A stretch of 64,000 nucleotides of DNA. Source: Penicillus capitatus (taxonomy: Eukaryota > Plantae > Chlorophyta). Position numbers and translations under genes: made by a program. Below are positions 23,611-36,848 of the stretch, piece after piece (the first letter of the stretch is position 1; every line of letters begins with the position of its first letter). Below the pieces are notes generated by a model. The model was given only the letters and a program-made list of their open reading frames with translations, searched no databases and was not told where the DNA came from. Location of the stretch: assembly GCA_965649825.1 (NCBI GenBank), contig OZ287695.1, forward strand, positions 911,081 to 975,080, in the 5' to 3' direction.

Positions 23611-25434
23611 ATGTGGCAGCTGCGTATTTTTTCGGCATTACTGGGTTTGGTGGGTTGTTTCTTGACGGCTTATCTGTGGCTGCCACATCTGGCAAACGCG
23701 GAGATCCGAAAACAAGTCCACGACTTCATTGTCATGCGACCTGGAGCGGCGCGAGACGCTTATGGTAGAGCACGGATATCCCATCCTTGCTGTGCAAAGG
23801 GCCCGCTGTCTAGAGCGATTTGTGAATAGTTCGGTCCCGGAGGAATCATCCGACTACACGCGCTTCTATTTTTTTAATATTACAAATTTGGAAGACGTTC
23901 GAAAGACAGGAGCAAAACCTGAACTGGTAAGATTCTTGATCACCGATCGATGAACACGAGCTCAATGCCCGACGTCTGTAGCAAGAACTTGGCCCATACA
24001 CCTACCGAACCGTCAGTCAGAAGTATGATTTGAGCTTCTACTGGAATGGCTCCCTGTCCTACAAAGTGAGAGATCTCACTCTTTTACACGGACATAAATG
24101 TGTGAGATATCTATTGCAGGAGAGGACACTGTACTTCCGAGAACCGGAGCTGACAAATGGCAGCTTCGATGATGTGATCGTGACACTGAACCTGGCATTG
24201 GTCGGTGTTCTTGAACGTATCCAGAACGAATTCAACTCATGGGTTCTTGGAAGCATGCTGAGTCGAGTCGCCACAATGATTGATCGAATTGGAGATGGCA
24301 CGCACGAAGGGCTGTTCATGGCGAGAAGCGTAGAGGAGCTGCTGTTGGGATACGACGATCCCATTCTCAAAACAATCTCCAGATTTACAAAGTGCGGAAC
24401 GCGATTCGGTCTCATGCTCAATGGGACGAACGAGGAGAATGGCTATGACCTGGCACACAGCTCTATGATCAATACTGGCATCATGGATATCCATCAGATA
24501 GGACAAGTACGCACTCTTTTGCGCATTTTTGGATGATGTGACGTTTGCTGTGCAGTTCGAGAAGTGGAACGGGCAAAAAGAAATCGCCAGTTGGAATAAT
24601 CATTCAGAAATCGTCCACGGCACCAGCGGCTACTTTTTTCAACCATTCTTAAAGGGAAGCGAGAAGCTGTGGGTATGGGTCCCCGAAATGTATCGTGCCA
24701 TGCCGCTGCGTAAAGAGTCCGAAGCCGATCTCGATGATGTCCACATGTTTCGATATCGCATCGTGCGTGCGATCGATCGATCCTGCGAAGCGTGCCTGTA
24801 TGTTCGTTTTCATAGGATCCTGAATTCTGGCAGAAAGATGAGCGATACTACAGTCGCTACAATGGTCTCATCAATGTCACGAGCAGCAGCGTCGACGGTA
24901 ATGCAGGTCCACCCATTTACTTTTCCCCTCCACATTTCTGCGGCTCGGATCCGATTCTCAAAGAACGCGTTATTGGTATGGACTGCGACTCCAGTGAGAA
25001 CCAGCGAGACTTCTACATTGATGTCGAGCCGTTCACGGGTGCGTCTTTCCCTGTGATCAAAACGATCAGGAAGCGCGCCCCTGTCTCTAGGCATTTCGTT
25101 GAGGGCTGCCGTACGATTCATGATTAGCACCGAGTATTCATCCAAATTCCCATCCATCGATCCCGATCTAACGAACACGGTGTTGCCCGTGTTCTGGCTA
25201 GAAATGTACCGTCAGGCGACGAAGAAGCAGACAGAGCCCATTCGCAATGAGCTTTACTGGGCAATGGATTTGCGAGATAACCTCACTTTCGCTTCATTTA
25301 TTCTGACATTTGTCTTTACGATCCTAACCCTCAGTTACTCTCTTAGGCAGGCAGCAAACCATATCCGACGTCATCGACGCAGAATTCCGTTGGAGTACAG
25401 AAACGACCACAGACTTCTTGCTTTCATGGTGTGA
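23611..25434 (+). CDS. CD36 / scavenger receptor class B (LIMP-2-like) family protein
   Basis: N- and C-terminal TM segments; FYFFNITN, ELGPYTY, GLFMARSVEELLLGYDDP, VHGTSGYFFQPF, IDVEPFTG, VLPVFW motifs. Confidence 0.85.
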
Positions 25435-25624
25435 GTTCTGTAAAAGCGACATTTGTACTTCCATCCTGATGGATGCAGGCATGAGTATCTAGGCACTTGC
25501 AGTACCGCGGATCAAACATGGGTTATGTGTACAGACGGTGTTTAACCCTCAAAAAGACAAGTGCTTCTGCAGATACGCCCTTTCTTGCCTCAACACAACC
25601 ACAACCACGTGCACTCGCAACCAC

Positions 25625-27160
25625 TCACGCGTCCTCCTGCAGTGCATGGATGAGCTGAGCCTCCACATTGACCAGGTCCATGACGGTCTCTCTGAGAGAG
25701 AGATCTGTCGATCGAGGTGTCGTCGAGCCATCCACTCGCGCAGCAGGTTCTTCTGCCAGACGGGCCAATTGGAAGACAGCATCCAGTAGGAACCCCTCGG
25801 CAGAGGGCGTAGCCAAGCCCAGCTGCTGTTCATCGCGTATCAGTGTCTGATAAGACGGCTCGGAATCTTGTGCCTGACTCAACTTGAGGGCCCACAGATA
25901 GAGCGTCCTCAGACTAGGAGGGCACTCGCCTGAGGATCGGATACATTTCATACTCTCGCCCGGATCCATCTGGACGGTCTTATGTAGATCTAGTCTCAGA
26001 AACTCCAGCCAGCACTCGGCATCGGTCGGGTCTTCGATAAGCTTCGCCACGTGCGGCGTCAGTTGCTCAACGATCGACAGATCCATATCACGAAACCGAA
26101 CGCGGAGGTAAAGACTCAAATCATGTCTCCACGAACCCGTCTCGGCACTCAGCCTCTCCAACAGTCCCTATCATTTCCAACACCGTCTTGCACAGAATAC
26201 AAGACACAATGCCGGAGACCTGTTTCAGAGACTGGCCTGATCTCGAGAGTCGTTTCTGCCGAGGCGTCTGAGAACGTCCCCTTGTCGATGATCGACGCGG
26301 ACCGCTGCTTCTCTTGGCAGACCCGGATCTTCTTCTCGCACTGAAAGCTGGATCGATCTCCGTTTGGGATCTCTGTGGCGTCCGTTGTCCGTTCGCGTCT
26401 GGCTTCGATTCCTTGTCCCCATCTAGGTCCATCATATCTGTCATGTCTCTGTTGGGCAGATCGTCTTTCGATCGCCGGACGCTCTTGACAGAGACTCTCT
26501 GGCGTTCTGCGTTCTCGCCGGTATCTCTTTCCACGACTCCCTGGACGGGAGACGATGCTTCTGCCTCCTCCATCGATGTCCGATCCAAATGTGTTGTTAA
26601 CGGCGTAGGTCGGCTCTTGGTCGATATCGTCAAGAAAGAGTGACCTGTAGCACGCGTCGATCGATGTGTCTCATCCATCTCGGCAACGGGAGAGAGTGGC
26701 GCTCCGTGCACCAACAACGAATCGAACACGGCTTCGGCTTCTTTACCCTCGTGCCCTGCTGACAGCAAAGTGGCCCTTTCATCCTCGGCGCCGCCCTCCA
26801 TTTCTGGAACTGCATAGCGCAAGTCGTTGCCCACCATCTCCCAAGATGAAAGATCTCACTTTCCATCGAGAGTGTGTCGCGTTTTCCCACTTCCCCGTCG
26901 AAACGCACCGGACGGCACTCTACACCACCTTCCGTTCGTAGAGAGGCTGCCGATCGTGTATGGCGTCGATGGTTTTTACCGGAGTCGTCAGGATGCTCAG
27001 CCGTCAGCGTCAAAGAAGGCGTCGGTGTTTTCTTGCAAAGCGCAAGGTGATCTTCGAGTTCATATGTTACCGATTCGGGTGCTTCGGTCGAAGGCGTCTG
27101 GCGGCATTTCGCTGAGGAGGAAGAGGAGGACGCCTCGTTCTCTGCCTCCGCCGTCGACAT
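25625..27160 (-). CDS. Hypothetical protein: long low-complexity/charged N-terminus and helical C-terminal domain
   Basis: Three overlapping minus-strand ORFs joinable by short introns; C-terminal CWLEFLRLDL...RTLYLWALKL; no family recognised. Confidence 0.55.
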
Positions 27161-27345
27161 GATGCGGCGGAAACAGCAATGTCCAGCCGATTGACCGTAT
27201 TCCGACCGTAGACAGCGCATCGCTCTGTGGCCAGAATCGAATTGCGAAAACCGATTTCCATTCAATTGCCATAAACAGTAGCGCCGACCGTTCGTGCCAT
27301 AGCAAGCATTGCCGTCGTCGTCGGAACAGTGAGCTCACGGACGTC

Positions 27346-29132
27346 ATGCGCAGGCGCTACTCTCCAGCTGCCCTTCGGGACCGCCACCCTCTCACGTTAG
27401 CATTGTGCCTTTCATTGTGCGTTTCAGCAGGTATCCCGTCGTGCGTTTCGTACCGTTATCTGACCGGGTTGGCGGTTTTCGTAGTTGTCCTCTTTGTCTT
27501 CTACCTCGCCGAGCCACAATCGGTTCGCGATGCATTGCGTCGTATGGTTGGAAAAGATACATCGGACAAGTCAGAAGGCATCACAATTCCGACACGCGAA
27601 AGACCTATCAAGGCGACCACAGTGTCCGAAGTGGGCGAAAGAATCGGCGAAGTGACACCACAGTCCGGATGGTTCTCCGAGGACAACCAACCATTTCATT
27701 CGGCCATTCTTATTGCTGGTTCATCCGGCTATGCAAACTACAGACATCAAGCAGACGCGTGTCATGCATTTCAATTACTAAAGCATCTGGGCATACCATT
27801 GGACCAGATTATTACGTTTATATTTGACGACATCGCACACCATCGAGACAACCCATACCCTGGTCAGATCTTTAACCGTCCAGGTAAGGGCGGCGCGATC
27901 GTCATCGATACAGATCGCAAGACGGCGACGTGTTGTTAGGTGGGCAGAATGTCTATCCTGGATGTGCGAAGGACTATAGAGGATGGGATGTGAACAAGGC
28001 GACGGTGTTTGCTGTGCTAAGGGGCGATGCCAGAGCTGTGAGAGGTGTCGGAAGTGGTCGAGTGATTAAAAAAGACCCGCGGCAACGGATCTTCTTTTTC
28101 TATTCAGATCACGGTTCAGCGGGAACCATTTCCATGCCAGTGGGACCGCCGATCTTTGCAGACGAGCTGCAGCATGTTCTCAAGATAATGGCCGATAAGA
28201 ATACCTTTCGTGAGATGGTGATCTATCTGGAGGCCTGTAACGCTGGATCCATGTTTCGAGGATTTCATATGGACAAAGTCTACGCTGCGACGGCGGCTGA
28301 TGCTTATGAGAGCTCGTTTGCAACGTACTGTCCCGATTATGGCCACAAGACACGACACATAGAGCCAAACGCCACTTACGTTGGCGCATGTCTGGGCGAT
28401 CTTTTCAGTGTCTCCTGGATGGAAGATACAGAAGACCACGACGTCTCAATGGAGAAAGTCGAGTCTCAAGTCGGTCGCGTGACCGAAAGAACGAGCAACG
28501 CCCGCACGTATTACTATGGCAGTCACGTCAAGACCTACGGCGACAAGAGAGAGAACATCCGACAGCAGGTTCTGGGCAACTACCTGTCCTATTTCGCTGC
28601 GCCTTCTGGATGGACACGGTCTGACTCAGAAAGGCTGTTCTCCAAGATGAAGAGACCAACCACAAATCATCGAGATCATTCGAAGAGGGAGATCCACTAT
28701 GATCAGCGAAGCGCTGATTTACTATTTTATTATCAGAAGGCTCTGCAGATGGCCAACGATGGTGATGCTGTCCAACAATTGGAGGCAGAAGTGACGAGAC
28801 GATATCAAGTGGACACACTCGTCCGCCGTGTCATCCAAGATCAGTTTGATCAGAACCGTCTACCAATGGACGCCTCTGTTGAAGCCTATGCCACCCAAGA
28901 AGTCTTTTTTCGGGAGAATCGTCCCGTCGTCGACGATTGGGATTGTCTAAGGGGTATGTTGCAGGTTTTTGAAGAGAATTGCGTCAAACTCGACGACTAC
29001 TCGCGTCAATACACATGTACCTTTGCCAATTTCTGCAATGCTGGTCTCAGTCCTGTGGATATCGTGCCGGGTCTATTGGCGCATTGTCCGTTTATCCATA
29101 CCTCGACGAACACTGTCCCTGTTATGCGTTAA
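27346..29132 (+). CDS. Legumain / vacuolar processing enzyme (peptidase C13), paralogue 1, with N-terminal hydrophobic anchor
   Basis: [22 protein letters not shown], catalytic SDHG and [17 protein letters not shown]-terminal VVDDWDCL; start uncertain. Confidence 0.9.
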
Positions 29133-30234
29133 TAATCGATGCATCATCAACATGATTCAAATGAAACGCCTGTGCCATCTATGTTGGGTAGGGGACGTGC
29201 CTGCAGGCAGACACTTATGCGCATGCGAACAAGCAGTTCTGTGCCCTTGTACAGTTAGATGCATCTGTCCTGTTAAATCAGACCCCTTAATAAGACGTGT
29301 CAGTAAAGGAAGTGACCATACTGTGGCAACCAAAGGCCGTGGCCGTTAGGAGGTTGGTGTTGTCTCGTTTTTATTGCTTCCACTGATCAGGATGGCCACT
29401 TTGAGGCTTAGTTCATCGCTGCTTTGAAGATGTGACGGTAGAGATCTGTTCGACGATGCGTTTTGGTAGGTGTGTGCTGCATCTTAATGAGCCCTCTTGT
29501 GTGTCCGTTTACACATCATGTGTGTATCGCTGTTGGATGGTAGCCGAGCACTGTGCAGTGTTCGTAGAAACTAGAACGACTCCCAGGTCACTTCTCTCTG
29601 GGAACTCGGTGCGTTAGATGCGCCACTGAGCATTCATGTGTTTGACACGGCGAATAGAAATTTTGATTCGGCCTTTCGCTTTGTTGACACAAAAGACGGT
29701 CAAACTGCCGTTATCAGGCAGATGTCTGTCATGCCGATCGCATTCTGCGCAAAGGTGGTTTTGAAGATGATAACGTCATCACTTTTGTCGGTGGTGACGT
29801 CACAGCAGCCTTAGTCCCTATGAAGAGCAGATCGTCAACGCGTCGGGTCCAGTGCCCTCTCGATCGCTGCGATGTTGACCTGACGTGACGGGTGGCGTTG
29901 ACATGTGTCCTGGATGCGCAAAGAACGACACAGGCGCCGCTTCTTGTGCACAGGATTAACATCGTGACGGTTCTGAAAAGCTACGCTGATGCAACAAGCG
30001 GCGTCGTAAGTAGCTGTGTTCGCGATCTGCGTCCTGATCGATGCGTCTTCGTGTTCGATTTGCGAACGTGGCTCCGTCGACTGGCTCCAATTGCCGACAG
30101 GACTGCTCTTGTATACCCGTGATCTGAAGAGCATATTCGATCGAACGAGCCACACAATGTTCTCGAAGACTGGTGTTCGATCTCGAAGCCTGTAATGCTA
30201 GCGGTGTCGTTCAAAGATTCGGCCATGAGAATAC

Positions 30235-30364
30235 ATGGAAGATAGTAACAGTGGCGGCGGATGGAAGATAGTAACAGTGGCGGCGGATGGAAGATAGTAA
30301 CAGTGGCGGCGGATGGAAGATAGTAACAGTGGCGGCGGATGGAAGATAGTGACAGTGGCGGCGG
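30235..30364. repeat. Minisatellite, 5 x 26 bp (atggaagatagtaacagtggcggcgg)
   Basis: Direct reading; four perfect copies and one copy with a single substitution. Confidence 0.95.
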
Positions 30365-31999
30365 CATCTGGAATTGGGTCGACGGTTTAGCAAGGGCAAC
30401 TGTAGCAGGACGGGAGATGAGGAGGAGTGCAGGGCTATTCTTCGATTCCCTTGTGTGATTCAATGGACGACGTGTCGTTGTCCAATCAGTTTCGGATACC
30501 ATCACTCTTGATGCTGTCGGTCGGCCCTGTTCGACTGAATAGCATGCCGTATAGACATGAATCTAGTGAGCTTTGTTGGTAGTGAGAATGCCTAACGCAA
30601 ACTGAGCAGCTTTGTAACATCTGGTACAAGCAGAGATGAAAACCGGTGCCATTCAATTTGACGCTTTCTGTTAATGGTCCAAAATCTAAAGCAGAGGGCC
30701 AGTGTCGTGTCGTCGTGGGTCAGTCACATCATCATCTTCTGTTCAGTCACAAGACGGCCGAGAGATGGTGACTTTGTTTGGTCTGCTGTTCTTGATCAGC
30801 ACCATTCCTTCTCGCAGGCTAACCGACCCACCAATTCTTCTGCCTCTTCACATCGATGGCAATGGTATTGCAGATCGTGGTTATCAGAGAATAGCAATGG
30901 CAACTGCATGGCTGGCATCCGGCACCGTATGGATAGCCTAAATGTGACATACTATCATCCCTGGCTTGAAGTGTCTATTCTTCTCTTTTAACAGTACCAC
31001 CAGATCTTTTCTGGCGTTGGAGTGTTCGATGCCATCGATCGAAACGCGTCAGTTTCAAAGGCAATCGGAAAGAGGAGCTCTTTCATGTTGTCTACTGGGG
31101 ACACACGAATGTACTTCCTCTTCAAGAAGGATCTTTTGTGGTCTGCATCTTTCGATGACAGTCACCTTTGCAGTTTCACTTGACCCAACTCTCCGAGCGT
31201 CGATGGATTCTATGGGAGCACATCTCTGAGATGCTCGGGGCTGTCACATCAATGTTGGCAAACGGGGGACCCTTTGCAAGGAAGCGGGTGCCTTTACCGT
31301 CTTTCACTGAACACGCTATGCCAACAACGACCTCTGCGTCTAAAGCATTATTCCGGACGGTCTATACTCCAAGCATCGACATCCCTCGAAAATGATGTAC
31401 CCCATTCGTCCGATGCCGTCGGCTATTTCGGAAACGGGCACCATTCGACGAAGGATCTCGTTTCGCATGCTCGATCGAACGCGTCGCGGAGGAGCCCGCG
31501 AGATACACGGAACCGCCGAAACCGCGGCGCGATATCTCTCCGACGCATCTCAAGGAACGCACACCACTGGACTGCGTTCTCAAACAATCAACGCACCGCC
31601 TAAAAAGCGACCTCCAAACGAAGCAAAGGACAAGGACGTTCCTTTCAGCACTGGGTCCTGGCGCACAGTCCGACTCACGGTCCTATAACGGCACACTTGA
31701 CACGACGTTTCATTTCTCGACGTTTTCCTTCTGCCACGGAGGCAATTGCGTCGACGACTCTCCTGTCGTGACCCTTCATCGACGGATTCCCGATCAAACG
31801 AGATACGGCGTCGATGACACACCGGGCTCCGTTCCAGACGGCGTTCCAATTTCGGGATTCTGCTTATCGCAACGGGTCATTGATGACGTGACGATGACTG
31901 AGCCGTACGCGACGCGACGTCACGCGGGCATTTACCCTTGTCCTTTCATTCTCCCCTATAAAAGAGCGTTGCTGCTTTTGCCTTTGCGTTGCCTTTACG

Positions 32000-33736
32000 A
32001 TGCACTCGTTCAGTCTGCCTCGTTTGTTGCTCCTTGTCGGACTTTGTTCGCTGTCCGCCACCACCTTTGCGCGTAAGCATCCACTCGTACCCTTTGCGTT
32101 CGTTTGTCGACCGATACATCACAGGTCCTGTGCGCGACTTTTGGCCCTTCCCGTGGTTTTTCCCGCCGCCGGAACCCACTGTCAAGCCGCACACCATTCC
32201 CAAACTCCGTATCAAAGAACTTCCGGCGCCATCTGCACCGTCGACGGTGAATTGGTTTTCCGCTTTTAACAAGAAATACCACTCAGCGGTGCTCATCGCC
32301 GGTTCGAACGGATACCGCAATTACCGCCATCAAGCAGATGTCTGCCACGCCTACCGCATTCTCCGCGAACGTGGGCTCAAGGATGATAACATCATCACCT
32401 TTGTTTACGACGACATTGCTTACAACAGCCTCAACCCATATGAAGGGCAACTCTTCAACAGCCCAGGTATGTGTGTGTGTTCGCACTCTGTCTGTGATGT
32501 TGACCTGATGTGACAGGTGGAAAGGATGTGTATCCCGGCTGCGCTAAGGACTACACAGGCAGAGATGTGAACAAGGATAACGTCTTGGCAGTGCTGACTG
32601 GACGAGCCGACATCGTCAAAGGTGTTGGAAGCGGCCGCGTTCTGTTTCCCAATCCCAAGCAGCGCGTCTTTATGTTCTACAGCGACCACGGCTCCGTTGG
32701 CAGTATCGGAATGCCGACTGGACGTCCATTGACTGCCAAGGAATTGAACAATGCATTTGCTTACATGCTCAATATGGATTTCTTTCACGAATTGGTATTC
32801 TACCTGGAGTCGTGTGAGTCGGGGAGCATGTTCCACGGCTTCAACTATGATCAGCAGTCAAAGGTGTTGGCCGTATCTGCATCGTTGCCGGATGAGAGCT
32901 CGTACGCCACGTACTGCAGAGCGGATAAAAGCCACCCGATCTCGCCCAATGCCAGCTACATTGGCGCGTGTATGGGTGACCTGTTCAGTGTATCGTGGAT
33001 GGAATACGCAGAAGCGCACGATGCCGCAGAGGAGACGATCGATAAGCAACTGAGATACACGAACGATCGCACCAGCGATTTCAAGAAGTATGCCATGGGC
33101 AGTCATATGATGATCTACTGTCGCAAAACGATGCCCATACTGCAAGAAGTCATTGGCAATTTCTTGTCCTACTTCACTGTGCCCAGCGGACTATCTAAGA
33201 AGGATGCCTATTCAGCATCGCCGTCCTTGGAAGAAAACTCTTCGCGTGATACCTCTGTCCGCGACATCTCTGAGAGTAACGGAGATGAATACATGACGAT
33301 GGCGCAGAGAGATGCCGATCTGATGTTCTTGGTGAAGCGCTCGATGAGCAACGACTTCAAAGTTCGAGAAACTGCGACGAAAGAACTTCAGGAGACCTTG
33401 CAACAACGAGAGGAAGCAGACCGATCCATCCGATCCATCGTCCAGATGCTCATGGACAACGGTTTGCTGGAAAACAAGAAGAACGATGCAGATGTCGAGG
33501 CATATGTCACCAAGTTGTTTCTCAGAGGGGAAGACAAACAAGTCGTTGACGACTGGGATTGTTTTGAAAGCTTTTTGGATGTGTGGTATCAAATGTGTGG
33601 AGAGATGGATGATTACTCCAGACAATACACCAGAGCCTTTGCCAATCTATGCAATGCTGGCATCGGCGTTGCGGATTTTGCGCAGGCCACAATGAATGCT
33701 TGCGCAACGAACAGAATCACGTACTCGGCGACATAA
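32000..33736 (+). CDS. Legumain / vacuolar processing enzyme (peptidase C13), paralogue 2, with cleavable signal peptide
   Basis: [24 protein letters not shown], intron, then [18 protein letters not shown]; SDHG; ESCESGSMF; [12 protein letters not shown]; VVDDWDCF. Confidence 0.9.
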
Positions 33737-33894
33737 CCGTCGTGATGGGTGTATTCAAGAGAAGAGGAAAGATCAAGTCCTTGGGTTTTTGACATAAACA
33801 CGCAGACTGGTTTCCTGCTTGCTTAAGTTCCAAAGATAAGTGCGATTATACAGAGCTGAACGCAAAGTCTGTTGGACGCCAGAGTTTTAAAGTA

Positions 33895-36783
33895 TTAAGA
33901 TGACGTGCGTGAGCGTTTCGATCGCCGCGATTGTTGTTTGGCTACTTGCTTCTCCTGCTGGAGTCTCTTCAGATTCTTGGCATGGCGGCCTATCCCTCGC
34001 ATACGTTTGTCCGATTTGAGGCGTTTGTCTTTCAGTGGCATCCGACGCATCGCTCCGAGTCGCTTGCGGCGTCCCATCTTCTGGAGCTGGTCTTTGGTGA
34101 CGAAGGTACTGTTGTTCTCTTTCTTCCGAGCCTTGTTCATCACTTTGGCCATCTGACGCATCTGAGCACGATGTGACAGCTCCTCCTGATTGGCGATGCC
34201 TTCGGCGCGTTTCATGGCTGTACGTAAGCGATTGGCCAGGCGCTTCGCTTTACGCGACTTGGCCTCTGCGACTTTTTTGATCGGGCGACTGTCCATCGCA
34301 CGCAGCATCTCTTTCTCGGCCTCGATCTCGGCACGTGTGACCATCCGCTGGGGCCTAGATGACAGCCGCCGCCATCACAAACGTCACATCACGCGTTGCA
34401 TCGAGCGACCTGTTGTAGATATCGTTGTCCTGCTCGAACCATTTCGGAAGGTGGCGATCGTGGAAGACATACCGACTGTAGGCGGCATCAATGATATTCT
34501 CTTTCTCTTTCCTTCGAAGCATCTTACGTGCCATAGCCAAAATCTCAGCCTTGCCATCCACATCCAGCATACGGAACTCATCCTCCGTATCCGTCCCTGA
34601 CAACGCAGAAATGCACGTCTGCTTATGACAGCGACCCGAAAGCGTCACCTCGATCCTCCTCTTTCATCTGCGATGCAGCCTCTCTCCCCACGACTTCGAA
34701 ATCGGAGACATCTGCATCGGTTTTGACGTCTGCCGCTGCCTGTTCTTTGAGCTCCTTATAGTCAGATGCCTCACTCATGACCTCCTCAGCCATCGCTGCG
34801 TCAGCTATCCTGTGACGGGTCGCGGGGATGGAAGCAGCATTCGGCATCTCTTCTTCCATCAAATCGGCATCCTGGAAGAGCTTCTGGCTGAACCATTGAG
34901 CGGAGATGGCATCTGGTGTCGTTGCAATACCAGCTCTGTCTGAATCTAGCTTAACCAACAGGCCGCCTCCCGGTGTCATAGCTGTCGCATCTTCATAACC
35001 GTCGTCATCCTTGGGCACTTGTGTCCATTCCATCTCTCTGTTGTCCTCCTCCGACAGCTCCCCTTTCTCATCCAATCTCTTCCGTCTCTGTATTTCACCT
35101 TCTTCCAGATTCGCACTCGCCACTTCGCGTTTGAGAAAGCGCTGATAGGAGTTTTCCAAATAGTCCTCCAGCAGCAGCTCATGCTTCAGTTCATCGTCAT
35201 CCTCTTCCGTTTCGCTATCGGATGCCGGACCTTCGCTTCCTCCCGAGTCCGCCTCCAGATCTGCAGACCATCGTCGCTGCTGCTCGATCTCTGTCTCTTT
35301 CTGAAACATGTCGAGGCTAAAGAGATCTGGGTCTGCCACCGCGTCTTCCCCTAATCCTTCCGTCTGCTTAAACTGCGCCAATCGTTTCTTGGCGTGTTTC
35401 TTCATCTCGCGCTGTTTCTTTGCTCTCTTCTTGGCTTTGTGCTCAATGCGTTCCTGAATCGCCGCCATCTCTCGCATCATCCTCTCTTCTGGATCGACGA
35501 CAGCCGCCACTGTCTCTTGTGCTGCTTTGGAAGGCTTCTGTGCCTCGATGTCTTTGAGAATGCACAACCGCCTGGAACGCAAAACAGTAACCACCTCTGA
35601 TGTTTGCCAGAGTAGGGCACCATTTGAGGAGTTTCTTGAATTCTTTCTTTCCCAGCACGAGCAGATCTTGACACGATTCGCGTATCTCATCGGTCGTCTT
35701 TGGATGATGCATCACTGTCTGGTATGCCATCTCCGTTGCTTTCTGCTTCTCTTCTTCCATTTCGGTAGCCGAAGTGTCGACGGGTTCAAACGTAAACTTC
35801 GTGTACAGTCCCAGCGTCTCGACTGGATCGGCAGATTGGATGAAGGTCACGATCGACGTCGACTTAAAAGTCGTCGAGGCTCCCTCTTCATATCCCTCAC
35901 GGAATTTTCGGTGCATCTTCTTGGACTGTTTCTTCTGCATGACGACGGGTCCATGTATTCTGGACGTAGATGTGTATTCCTGCAGCACATGACGTGCATC
36001 CAGGAGTCTCGGATCGATCTGCGCCGGAGCCTTGTAGTTCTGACAGACCAAGAAGATCTCGGCCGAAGCGTGGCGCGAGGCACTGGGCTTTGTGGCTTCC
36101 ACTTTGCCAAACAGCTGGTTGCAGACATAGAGCAACGCATTGTAATCCTTCGATCGGAAGACCTACATCACACATGACATCTCTCGTGGCGGATCACACT
36201 TTTCTCACACTTTTGTGATGAACCATCCCTTTGGCGCAAGGAACGCTGTGGCAAGTTTCATGGCATCGAGGACGAGAATGGCCTGAGAGATAGATTCGCT
36301 GTGCCATGCGCCTCCAACGTTCGGCGATCCATCGTTCAGGACGACGTCAAACAGATGCCCCTGCGATTCCTTGTCGATCAGCTTTTTGCATTTCTCTGTG
36401 GTGATATCGGCCACGAGACTCGTCGCCCCATGGATCGGTCGAATCGGCACCAGATCCACGCCCACAATCAAATGGTGCACCGGCATGTGTTTAGCCGCCA
36501 CTTGCATCCAACCCCCTGAAAACCATCTCCATCCACTGCCACCACTACCCATGACTGGCGGGATTACCCGGAGCGGCGCAGAGATCCAAAACGGAACGAC
36601 ATTCGGCAAAGAAGTTGTATTTCTTGTTGAGCTGGATCAACTTGAACGCGGCTCGAGACCGAAACCTGAAATCGCAGAGAATCGATCTGGGCTCTGCGTT
36701 GAGTGACCGGCATCCGACCCCTGTTCTTTTGCAAGGTGATAGAATCTGTCGAGGCGGCTCTTGCCCTTCGATGATTTCACCAT
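33895..36783 (-). CDS. SPB1: Pre-rRNA 2'-O-ribose methyltransferase SPB1/FTSJ3
   Basis: [60 protein letters not shown]; C-terminal [13 protein letters not shown]. Confidence 0.95.
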
Positions 36784-36848
36784 CCCGCCGAACGAACGCA
36801 CCAACGCGGCGGCAGCTGACAGTACGACGCGTCACGCCACTGCTGAAG

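Noticed and set aside
30660-31400. Short plus-strand ORFs with a signal-like start
   Set aside because: Could not build a stop-free spliced model or recognise a family
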